Below, in pieces: positions 53,135-64,000 of a DNA stretch of 64,000 nt. This stretch comes from Phoronis australis (Eukaryota > Animalia > Phoronida). Positions within the stretch are counted from its first letter, which is position 1. Each line of letters begins with the position of its first letter. Location: assembly GCA_002633005.1 (NCBI GenBank), contig NMRA01000045.1, positions 609,809 through 673,808 on the forward strand. Direction: 5' to 3'. Made by a program: the position numbers and the translations under genes. Under the pieces are notes generated by a model, which saw only the letters and a program-made list of their open reading frames with translations, ran no database searches and was not told the DNA's origin.

Positions 53135-53935
53135 GTGAGATGTGTTTTGATGCAAGGGTAATACACACAAATGGTGATGTGCCATCTGAAATTTCAAAGC
53201 ATAAACCTGGCAGTCATTAGGTCATTTCCTCTTGCGTGTCTGTGTCTGGGAAGAATCCTTCCCAAATGATAAGTCGAGTGTCCTTCAGTCATCTGTTCCA
53301 TGAAAGGGCTCCTTGTCCATGATGAGTCGCTAATTAGAAATGACTTTTCACGGATGCTTGTTTGCCTATTTGGGAACCTAGGTTAGGTTGTCCGGTCAGA
53401 TATTTATGGCAAAAATTAAAATAATTAAGTCAAGTTTTGTTCAAATTGTTTACGGGCAGTCATGAGGGAAAACAGCACGTATCACTTGAGCTCACCATAA
53501 TTGAAAGGACGGGTCCAGTGCAACATGTTTTTGGTGCGTGTATGACTAACAACCAGATCGTACAAAAATAAAGAAACGAAAATGAGCTTCAAAATGCATG
53601 GAAGGACTGCACAGACCTTTAGCAAACTTTTTTTGCACACAAGATTCTTGAGGCATGTGCCATCCGATCACGCTGAAGTCAAATCTCACCATCTAAAATG
53701 GATGGCCCTCGCTCCTTCTTTAACTGTAGTTTTAATGCGTCTAGGGAATGCAACCCAGGTGTGTACGGTGACCCAAGTTTTCAGCTGGCGTTTCTAATTA
53801 CATTGCCCTTTTTAAATGCAAAGACACAATGTTATCAACATAATAAAACCATGAAATGTCATTCATGGACGAAAAAATATGCCATAGAGACGAGCCTTTG
53901 CCTTTATTGTGGCGACTACATATTTCTATTCGCAG

Positions 53936-53992
53936 ATAAATTTCCGTTGCAAACCTACATTCCGAGAAGCTGGTATTCGTAATTATAGAGAG
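53936..53992 (+). CDS. DGKZ: DGK type IV exon, end of C1A and linker (INFRCKPTFREAGIRNYRE)
   Basis: Acceptor ctattcgcag| and donor |gtaagt; 57 nt. Similar to DGKZ INFRCKPSFRESGSRNVRE. Confidence 0.96.
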
Positions 53993-55282
53993 GTAAGTGG
54001 TTCTTAGGTTACCCAATAGACCTTATTGTTTTTAGAACATTATGTTGTTATATCTTACAGAAATATACCAGAGTTTTTTTATCATTTGTTCAAACTGTGT
54101 AATGCATGTTGAGCCCTATTCACAATGTGGGGGTTTGTTTTAGTAGTGGTGTGTTATTGCTTATTCAAATTCCAGATGGGGAACATTGGTTCCTAAGACA
54201 AAGCCAGGTGATAAATGACCTAACTGAGACAATATGATGTTTCTGCCAACCCTTTCCTCCCTCCAGTCTTTTTCTTTTCAAACCCACAACGGTGCCACCA
54301 ATACTGATAAGCCCTAATACTCATCCAAGATGGTGCCTGGGGGGCATAATACCCACTCTGAGATGACACAGGAGAGGCTCAGCCACTCTGAGATGATACC
54401 CAAGAGGGCAAAATACCCACTTGAGTTTGCCATATGTCTCTTCCACCCACTACTTTTAAATTGGGAGATCCCCAATGAAGAGCTAAGTGAGGGAAGCAAG
54501 ACTTAGATATTCTGTCTGTTTCATTTTAAATACATTGTCTGGGACATAAAATGTGTAGTAGTCACTGCAGCAATTTATACAATCCTGCTTGCTAATCACT
54601 AATTGTCAGTAACTAACTGCATGAACTGAGCTGATTAAACAGAGATGTTTACTACCTCATTATCACTGATTCAGTTTGCATTAAATTTGCTTGCCCTCAG
54701 CTCTAACTTGTAAACACCAGTGTTCAGAGCCACTCATGATTTGAAAATTTTTAGGCACACTTGTAGTACTGAGGCTCTTTTGGATCAACAGATATTTCAT
54801 CAAATGTCAGACAAATTTTTTAATATATTATTGTTAGAACTGTCCTTAGTTGTTACTATTTTTGGAAAGATTAAAAAGAAAGTCATTCTGCACATCTGTC
54901 TTACGAGTGGAATCGGCTTAGTTATGCAAGTGTGTAGCGAATAATTACTTTTGCATTGATATTGATTCTTAGAGCAGGTAGATCACCATCCTATTGTCCC
55001 TACCTCAAAGAGATAGGTTTAAGTTGTCTTAAGTTGTCACACCGGTATTGTACCAGACAGTGTAACTTGTGCCTACGTTGAATGCATCTGATCATGTTCT
55101 TGGGCAAATTGCAATAAATTTCAACTTCTACCGTTTTGGGATCTGTTATGTGATTGGAAAAGGTAGATTGCTTGAAATTTATCCAGTCAGTTTTTTACAA
55201 CTTAATTGTCGTTCTTATGTAGTAAATTTTGCAATGAGTGGTGCAGTGTTACTGAACGTAGCTCCCCCTGGTGTCCTTGCAG

Positions 55283-55384
55283 CACACCGTGATCCGGCAC
55301 CACTGGGTCCATCGAAGGCGACAGGAAGGCAAGTGTAAACAATGTGGCAAGTCGTTCCAACAAAAGTTTGCATTTCACAGCAAA
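55283..55384 (+). CDS. DGKZ: DGK type IV exon, start of C1B ([34 protein letters not shown])
   Basis: Acceptor gtccttgcag| and donor |gtacgt; 102 nt. [24 protein letters not shown] is characteristic of DGKZ/DGKI. Confidence 0.97.
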
Positions 55385-56454
55385 GTACGTATATCACAAT
55401 CTGTTCTATGCCAGTGGCAGTAATTTCTGCTCAGTCACATGACAGTAAAATCTCACCAATTTATGACACAATGTGGTGGACATGTGAGATTTTATTTTCT
55501 TATTCTTTTCAAAAAAGACGAGTAGCATCAAAATTATGATGTAGCATTTTCAAGTTCTGTACTGTAGCTATTATCAGACAATATGTTGAAAAATTTTGGG
55601 CGTTCACAACAATGAAGCCCTTGAAAAGTACAAAAAGACAACATTAGCAATTTTATTTGTCCAAAAATGTTGATTTTACCGTAATGGGTAATCTGTTCGG
55701 GTTCACGCTAAAGTTCGACAAAACATTCACCACAAATTTTGATAGATGATTTATTAAGCGGATACATTTTTTACATTTGGTTTATCGCTCCCACCATGAT
55801 TTGCTGTTCTTGATTTCAATAGCCTGGACATTAACCCGCATGGTTGATGTTCAGTCTCAATTACAAACCATATCTTCTTGAAACGATATATTTCATGATG
55901 CTTGTTCTGCATAGAATCACCATCTTGTTTTAACTAGTCATCTGGTGGTTTGAAATGAAATAATTATATTTGCGGACTCTTTCAAGCATTACATTTTCTT
56001 GATGTTGTTATTGTCATACCACAGCGCTGTGCAGCTGTACAGTAGGATAAAATTGACAATCAAGGTTTTACAAAGTTCTATCTTTATTACAAGTACTCGA
56101 CTTAATGACAATAATACCATGTGATATCTATTTTTGAACGAATCAGTATATTTAAAAACTAATTACACATTAAATGCTGGTGCGTATTTCAAGAATTGTA
56201 CACTATTCAGTATTCATATTTTACCTGTAGACGTTTTAAAGAGACATTATTGTGTTTTTGACCGAAAGACGTATTTTGGGATTGTTGATTGACTGAGACA
56301 TCTTGAACCAGAGCTATAAAATATTAATTAAATTTGTTGTTTTTGTGATTTTATTAAAATTCCAAATTCTCACGGTTATCTGCCAGACATTTGCTGATGT
56401 CCAATGGCCATTTGTGCTGTTTGAATACGCTCGAAATACTCTGCTCCTTGCATG

Positions 56455-56525
56455 GGATATGGCCCAGTGGCAGAGCCTTTGCCTGTTTTTTACAGAGCTA
56501 GTGGTTTCGATTCCATGCTGTGGAC
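56455..56525 (+). mobile_element. Degenerate tRNA-derived SINE head
   Basis: A-box-like TGGCCCAGTGG and B-box-like GTTTCGATTCC at tRNA-like spacing. Confidence 0.45.
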
Positions 56526-57731
56526 AATTTCTGCAAAGTTAACTTACTTTTCTTGCTGAGAATATCCCTGTAAAGGACATCTTCTGGCTCAAACCTCAGT
56601 TGGTTGACCACATGCAACAAACTGGTCTAAAAAATGTCCTGTCACAGTAATTAATGGTTTCTACCATGACCATAAGTCATTGAGAGGTCACCTAAGATTG
56701 TTATGTTGCCACTAAATTTTGAGTGGGATTCATTACCATGTCCAAATGGATTTATTGCCTGCATGTAATATGTTCGATTTGTGTACAGGCTTGTGTATTA
56801 TTTTATATAGTGTCTGTTAGATGGAATAAACAGCTTAAAAAGGGGATTTTTGACTCGTTTTTACTTCCCTAAAGCCTAGAATGACATGTTTTGGGAGTGA
56901 AAATTTTTGTCTGTCACGGTTTGGAAATACCCAAGGCGAGTTTTGTTTGGCTGAGAAACCCTAGTAGGTTCATGGTTTGCAATTTAGTCAGTTAAAAAGA
57001 TTCCCGTTCAGGCCACATCATTACAAAAACCTCCCATTTGGTTTTACTCCAGACGACAGGGAGGCCCTATCAGTTTATCAATCTAGTCCGTTGTTAAACG
57101 TTCCTGTACTCTTTGTCTGGCATTAATTGCAGGCCAATTATTTTCTACGGCTCAAAGAGTTATTAAAACCATTTTCATCGTCCAGAGAAGTGACATCTAA
57201 TGGATCTGTTTTGGCTCATTACTGTTTTGCTTCAGGTAAATGTGTTCTTAAATTTTCTTTTTGTGAAGAATTCAATTTCAGAAGCCAAACACTTAAAAAA
57301 TCACCGGTTGTAGTCCACGATATATCAATTTGTTTTTGCCAGTGTTTTATAACCATGAAGCCATTGCTAACGGGATAATTGGTCTACTCCACAGAATACA
57401 ATCTTGAATCAGATTTCCTAATAAACAGGCCTCTTGATGACAGCGGGAATTGTACATATCTAATGACGAAATCCAAGGTACTATGAAATGGGCAGGGTTT
57501 CTAATATTCAGTGCCTACAGCTTTAATAACATTTTAGTTTATGCCCTGGGGTGGAGCCACGGGTGATTTTTTGTTGTCGGTCTCTAATTATTGAAGATAT
57601 ACACTGCGGACTGATTGGAGTTTGCTGATTGCTTACTTGTTGAAATCCATGCTTTCATCAGGACGTAATGAGTGCAGCATGGACATAGTGCTTTGTGGCT
57701 TCAGACTTTTTAATGAGTGTTTCTCTTTCAG

Positions 57732-57884
57732 GAGATTATTGCAATCAGCTGCTCTTGGTGCAAAGCTGCCTACCACAACAAGACTGCCTGTTTCATGATG
57801 CAGCAGATTCAGGAACAGTGTCCGCTCGGCATACACGGCAGTATCATTGTGCCGCCTAGCTGGATAATCAAAATTCCCCGGCGG
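57732..57884 (+). CDS. DGKZ: DGK type IV exon, end of C1B ([17 protein letters not shown]...PPSWIIKIPRR)
   Basis: Acceptor ttctctttcag| and donor CGG|gtaagt; 153 nt. Similar to DGKZ [33 protein letters not shown]...PPTWI. Confidence 0.97.
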
Positions 57885-60800
57885 GTAAGTTGCTACTGCC
57901 CTCTGCAGCACAATCGGTTCTTAGGAGAGGGCACCCAGTGAAACATTGAGACTAGAAATTGGAGTGTACATTCCTGAAACATTTGGCAGCGCGTTTTGAT
58001 CATCAGAATGAAGCATGACCGATATTTGGGCCAGTGCAGACAAAGAGCTATGGGCCTTCAATACAAATGACCTTGGCTTGTAAATCACGCCTGTGCCAAA
58101 ATGAACCACAACAATTTTACCTTGTGTGGCTGTGAGACGAATGTCTTCACTTGTTGGATTTCTTGTACCCGGGAAGTGAAAATCCTCTGCAAGTGGGGGA
58201 GTTGACCTAAGTCTTCAACTGATTTCCTTCCGTAGTCATTAAGAATTCGTTATTGCATCACCAAACAACAATAAAGCTCTCTCAACGACGCGATCTAACC
58301 TTGTGTACTACATTGACGCCGCTTACAACCAACATAAGTAATAACTCAATGAGCATATTGCTCCGTGTGTTCACTCCAGAATGACGGCTCAGCTCACGGC
58401 TATCTGTTTGTGCTGGTCCTTCCGTAGTGAAGCTGCAGCCTCCTTACGGAACCCTTTGCTAAGTGACGACGTGCAGTGCAGCGAATAGGCTGGTGGTAGA
58501 GCGTGTTAATTCAGTGATCACTAATTTATAATTAGTTGAGGGTGGGTAAGACGGCTTTGTACTGAAAATTGTATTAATTAAAAATCCTGTGAAGCAGCTG
58601 TCAGTAGCAAAACAGATAATCTTTATGTCGTGCAAGATAAAAATTAATAAGCTGAATGATGACCTAAATTTAATAGGTTCTTCAAATTGCTGCCAGCAGT
58701 GCATCATTGATGCTCAGTCAGGCATGGGGTGTTCGCTTCTAAATTAATCGTTGTTATATGTAGATTATTGACTTGAAAACACATTGCAGGATTCGTTTTG
58801 CTCTCTGTTTGAGTTAAAGCATTGTACGCTTTCACTCATTAGGTGTGGAGTAATATTCAGCGTTTGCCAGCACGCCTGTTTTGACCAGCAGCGCATGACA
58901 AATATGTCATTGTTGTTACCGTAGCGTGTGAGATTGATGTTTATTTTTAGTAGGTTGACTGTAAAAGGCCGGCACGGAAGTCTTTTTATAGATTGATCAT
59001 CACTATTTGATGGACTTCCAATCGTTATGGATAGGGTTAATATCTCTGGCCATAGAGGAATTATAGCTATGGATAAACTTATTCGACTCTTTCTATAGAC
59101 TTTCTATATCAACCCATGGAGTTAATTTCTATCAATTGAGGGACTATGATCTCTTTCAATCAATTTACTAATATCTCCACAAGATAGAAATAATAGCTCT
59201 ATCTATATAGCAAGGACCCGTATAAAATCCTATGCTGTCCTTTTGTAACTACCATAACTTGGTGGCAGAGACTCGTGATGTAACGCTTTTTCATGTGATT
59301 TTTGTCACAGCAGCATGAATCATTTTTATCTGAAAATCATTCTTCAGTCATACTTTCCTTTAAACTGTCTTTATTGGAAATTTCAAAACAACCTGAAATG
59401 AGCTCAACGAGAGCTTTTGTGACGACAGCATAATTACTAGATTAAAAATAGATTAAAAATGCATTAAAAATAGATTAAAATCAATATCTGACAAAGAGGT
59501 CAACATTACAAACCAAACTAAGGAACACTAAAAGTACATTTGCCTGCTCAGTTTGCACCCTGTAAGCATGGACACATTTAGGCCCTTCCCAGTTTCATAG
59601 CATCCTATGATGAAGACAATAGGACTCAGCTCAGTTGGTCTTGTTCTATAACTAATTCCAGACAACACTCCAGTTGTGGTGTTGAGTATACTACTATTGA
59701 TGAAAGCTTATTTGTGAAATGATTCACGATGCCACGAGGGGTGTGGCCAGAATTTCCCGAGGACAGATGCTCTCAGCAACCATTAAACAAGTCTGCATTG
59801 CCATTTTTTTGTCAAAGTTGTAAGGGTGAGGGCCCCTGCATTTATCGGGCTTGGTTTGGTGACCCCAAAATCTGATGTTGGTAATGTGACCTCAGATTTT
59901 GTTTAGTAAACTGGCTAAAATCCCAGGTTGCCACGGAGTCGCCACGACACTTTGTTGTATGCATTCAAAATTATTCTAATAGAAGTAATCATTTGGCAAA
60001 AATCAGATGGAGCCGGATCTTCTCTGTCTGCTCCAGGAGGTGGGCATCATATATTTAGCCCAAAACATGAAATTGGCTTTCAACAAACACGCAGGACACA
60101 TCTGATATTTGGCGAGTTCTGCAGATTTTTAATTCAGGTGTCATTAGTTTGGTGACCTCATTTCTCGATTGGCAACTTTGGAATTTTACCAGGTCACATG
60201 TGGCGAGTTGACTTTATGGTAAGCATTGAACTTTGATGTACCTAGAACAGTATCTAATGCATTTTGAAGCCTGAGTATGAAATGCAGTTGTCCATAATGA
60301 AAATTTAGTGAACAATGTCAAGTATTATACACTGCACTTTGAGGCTGATAATCACAAAACAAGCAGTTCATTGCCACTAAACCTCCCAAGCTCATGAGAC
60401 TGGTGATTTGTGAACTTCAATAATTGACAAGTAATGAAGAATCAAGTAGAAGGTGTACCTTGTCTTCAAATTTAATGTAATTATTATTGATTTTGCATCC
60501 CTGGCGGAAATTATTTCACTCTCCTGCATAAATCGGTGAATTTTGCCTGTAGTCATTGCTATGACTTGTTATTTCACATGAAATGAATTTTTACTTTAAT
60601 TTTCTTCGCTTCCTGGGGAAATCAGTAATGAATGAAGTTTTCCTCTCAAGTGTGTGTGATGATTATGCAAATTTTAGTGCCATGCTTTTTCATCAAATTT
60701 GACATTTCCTCTAGTATTCATAATCTCCTGAGGGATTAATTTCTCCTGTTTGGCATATAATATGGTCGGAAATTGAAATTTATTTCTCAGAAAAAACAAT

Positions 60801-61195
60801 CATTTTAGCATGATGTTTTGACGTAAAACTATACTTCCTGGTAAAACTTTGTGTGTAATTTTGTAGCATGATGGAGCTTTGAGAAATCTCAAAATTACAT
60901 TTTGTCCTCTATTTTATCCAAAAGTAACTGTAGAATTGTTTTGAAAGTTCTTTCCTAGCTTATTTCTCCGTTTACCACAGACTTCTGACTTTTCTATTTT
61001 GACCATGTCATTTTTCAGAATGGCGTTTTTTAAGTGACATGCTCAGTGTAATGCATAAATATATTGGAATCTTCGATTAAGACCCTGAAAATTTATTTTA
61101 GTTCAAAGTTTGTAATTTTGACTGAAACAAACAACATTGTTGGTCATAAGGTATGTACAAACATTGCTTTAATTCTTTGTACATCAAATCAATTC

Positions 61196-61282
61196 TATTT
61201 TTATTTATTTATTTTTATTTAATGTAATATTTACAATGAGGGTAGCCCCATCAGTTCACGCTGCTTTCCATGGAGGCCCTCA
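61196..61282 (-). mobile_element. 3' tail of a CR1/L2-type LINE (or a SINE sharing that tail)
   Basis: Minus strand reads TGAGGG-cctccatggaaagcagcgtgaactgatggggcta-CCCTCA (stem-loop) followed by an (AATA)n-type tail. Confidence 0.5.
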
Positions 61283-62638
61283 ATTGATTATTCGTTTTTT
61301 GTGTGCGTTCTGTTATTTTCGTTGTCTTGTTCCTTATCGATAAAAAATACGCAATATTAATAAAAGTGTACTGGTACTATTAGCGCTAGTCTAATTAACC
61401 TATTTTTTATTACAACACACTTGACATTTCTTCCTGGGGGTGAGCTATGAATTCTGGGAATTTTACTAATTAAGTTCTCATGGCTCCTAAGACAATTTTG
61501 AAGTGCAGGTAGTTCATCTGAGTGAGTATTTCCATTTGTAAAACTCGGCCGCAAGAGTTTTTAGTGAGTTACCACAACAGCATGTCCTGTCGACAATAAG
61601 ACACACAAAGGGAAAGTCCAAAGTGTGTCATCATTATAAAATAACAAAATATGCCCGTATTGCATCATGGCAGCATGTCGTAGACAAAACACTTAGTTGT
61701 CTGCTTCTGCTGTTGTTTGCTCACCTTTTATCCTCGGCGGTGTTAGGGTAAAACCTAGCCAATTTTGGACATAAATGATTGCCAAATGTTGTGAATGTCC
61801 TCAGTTTCTCAGAATATTGTCTGATGCTAGCTTAATGGCGTACAGCTTGAATAAGTGAAGCATTAAGTGTTTGTTTTTTCTTATCTTTTATGAAAGTGTT
61901 AGGAAAAACTCCATTGCTTATCAAATTCTGTCACAACTTGCTGTGATTTTATGCCACATATTGGGAACTGAAAATATTGTTGCTGGCTTTTTTGGCAGCC
62001 ATATGTCCTCTGTTACCCCCAAAAAGATTCACGCAATTCTTCAGTATTTTGGGCATTATGGAGGGCGACGTATTCCACAGAGCATCCAGCTTTATTGTTC
62101 CTAGGCAATGGCATTGTCTACACTTTCAATTTTCTGTACTTAATAAGGTGGGTAATTTTATGAAAAATCATAACTTCACACCTGGATTAATGCATGATGT
62201 ACCACGACTGAATTCCTGACTGGTGAATTCAGTTACCACGGTATTTACAAAAATCACAAATGCGATTTACGACTCTCCATTGTTGTTATTGTAGTAAATT
62301 CTCATTAACTTTGCTTGTAATATACCGAGTTTAAGGAGATGGTTAATAATATTTTTCAATTTTGGAAAGTTATGATGGGCAGTTGTTTTTATTCTTCATC
62401 TTCAAACTTGCATGTTATTTAGGCACACACTGTTCATGGTATCATGTACACATTGACCACCCCAGCTGCTGACTGTCTGGCATCAGTTACTGAGACCGGA
62501 TGTTACGCAGAGGGGTAATCTGACCAAGTTTCAAATTAACGTGTTTTAACTGATAGCGTAGGATTCAAACCGTGGATAATATTCGTCATCTAAGCAAAGT
62601 TTTGGGCTGAACGATTGTTGTGTACTCTTCATTTCCAG

Positions 62639-62877
62639 GGTTCTTTCAAATCGTCTATTCGGAGAAAGAAACGAGCGTCGCTTAAGAAGCGCAAGAGTAA
62701 GGAAGAGTATCGACCCTTCATCATCAAGCACATCCCCTCGCCCATCGTCAAACCTCTTCTGCTCTTCATCAATCCCAAGAGTGGTGGTAACCAAGGTTCC
62801 AGGCTCATACATAAGTTTCGATGGCTCCTCAACCCACGTCAGGTGTTTGACCTCTCACAGACAGGACCACGGATGGC
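62639..62877 (+). CDS. DGKZ: DGK type IV exon: MARCKS-like basic region and start of the catalytic domain; gene continues beyond the window
   Basis: Acceptor atttccag| and donor GC|gtaagt (phase 2). Encodes [14 protein letters not shown] (62660-62701) and [15 protein letters not shown]...[10 protein letters not shown], the DAGK catalytic N-terminal signature. Confidence 0.97.
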
Positions 62878-63861
62878 GTAAGTCTAATCCCTTTGTATTA
62901 GCGTTTATGACAGTAGTATTCTCTGGTTTTATGAGTAGTAGTTTCTTTTTTCACAACCAGTAAGATCATATTTACCCTTGACAGTTTCTGCTCCTTCTGA
63001 AGTTATTGGACGCTAGGTAGCGTGGTGACCAAGCTGTTTCAAATTTTGGACAACTAAGAACCTCCATAATCCCTTTTCATGACTGATCCACTTCCTTGAC
63101 CTAGATTGACTCTATTATGTTTCTAGATCTTGGGATCACTTTCAGACTCGACAGGATGATCACCAGTCCTGTTAATCAAAGAATTAAAACCAAGAGCATG
63201 ATCAGTCACAGCAGATTTGTTAATAGTACTCTGAGACCGCCTCCTCTGTGAACGTGTGATCCTAACGATGATATTGCTCATTCATCTCCTTCTTGTGTTC
63301 ATTAAGTTTGACCGAGAACTCTCGGCCAGTCTCATCAATAGTCGAGAGTGATTCTCTTGTTTTAGTTTAATGCCGGGATGTATGTTGTCTGTTTTGAGTT
63401 CTTGGGTATGGTCATCGTAACGCAACAAAGTGATGGCATTGTGAACTTACGGTAAAACTTTGCCCGCTTAGGCATGAACAAGCAAATTTTAGTTCCTAAG
63501 TTTTTCCATAAAAGTTTAGAAGCACCAAATAAATGCTTTATGAATTTTAAGTTCGTCAGAATATACTGTGTGGGTTTAGTTTAAAACTTAGCGTGTTTTG
63601 TGATTGTTTGTGGGTGGAGAAAGAATGATAGGAGCAAGTAATTATTTTTTATGTAAGAACCCCTTATTAACGCAAACGAGATCTGTCATTAATCAATTGC
63701 ACCAACAATAATGAACAGCAATACGCTAGGTGCTTTCTAAAACAATCAAATTATTTATCTGTTGTCCAAAACTCTATGAATCGACGCTCTGTGAATGACG
63801 ATCCTGTAGGCCACTTCTGGAGCCAGTTGCTCATTCAGTACAACATTCGGTGTCTCACTTG

Positions 63862-64000
63862 CATAGGCGGATTTAGGGGGGGCCCCCCCCCTTGGCTGCC
63901 GCAAAAAAAATAAAACAGTAAGAGCGTAGGGAAATGGTGAGTTTATTAATTAACCCTGGTAATTAAAATTATACGGATGAAAAAAGATTTAAATGTGTGA
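63862..64000 (+). mobile_element. Left end of a probable hAT-type MITE, running out of the window
   Basis: CATAGGCGGATTTAGGGGGGGCCCCCCCCC resembles common hAT MITE termini; the partner TIR is not in the window. Confidence 0.35.

Noticed and set aside
62878-64000. Next DGK exon (expected LEMY..LRILACGGDGT)
   Set aside because: No matching translation found; it presumably lies beyond the window.

Overview
AT-rich animal genomic DNA, probably a marine invertebrate (inferred from composition and repeat types), with three assembly gaps (5350-6051, 7826-7859, 23890). The only protein-coding gene I can support is the 5' part of a type IV diacylglycerol kinase (DGK-zeta/iota, Drosophila rdgA family) on the + strand. 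Eight exons joined by GT-AG introns form one open frame: 36238-36983, 48584-48701, 50129-50212, 53060-53134, 53936-53992, 55283-55384, 57732-57884 and 62639-62877. They encode a long Ser-rich N-terminus, two C1 domains, a MARCKS-like basic segment and the start of the catalytic domain; the gene continues past the window end. The rest is intronic or intergenic DNA with many non-autonomous transposons, SINE/LINE fragments and tandem repeats. Three observations stand out: (1) a DINE-1/Helentron-like repeat family whose ~145-bp internal monomers each carry a CTCF-like motif, arranged as a trimer higher-order array; (2) the apparently stand-alone 249-aa ORF is spliceable as an rdgA-like regulatory first exon with repeated LxVP/RSxSxD modules and a CIHC motif; (3) a TSD-flanked palindromic insertion carrying a degenerate hammerhead-ribozyme-like core. 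No CRISPR array, rRNA or intact transposase was found.
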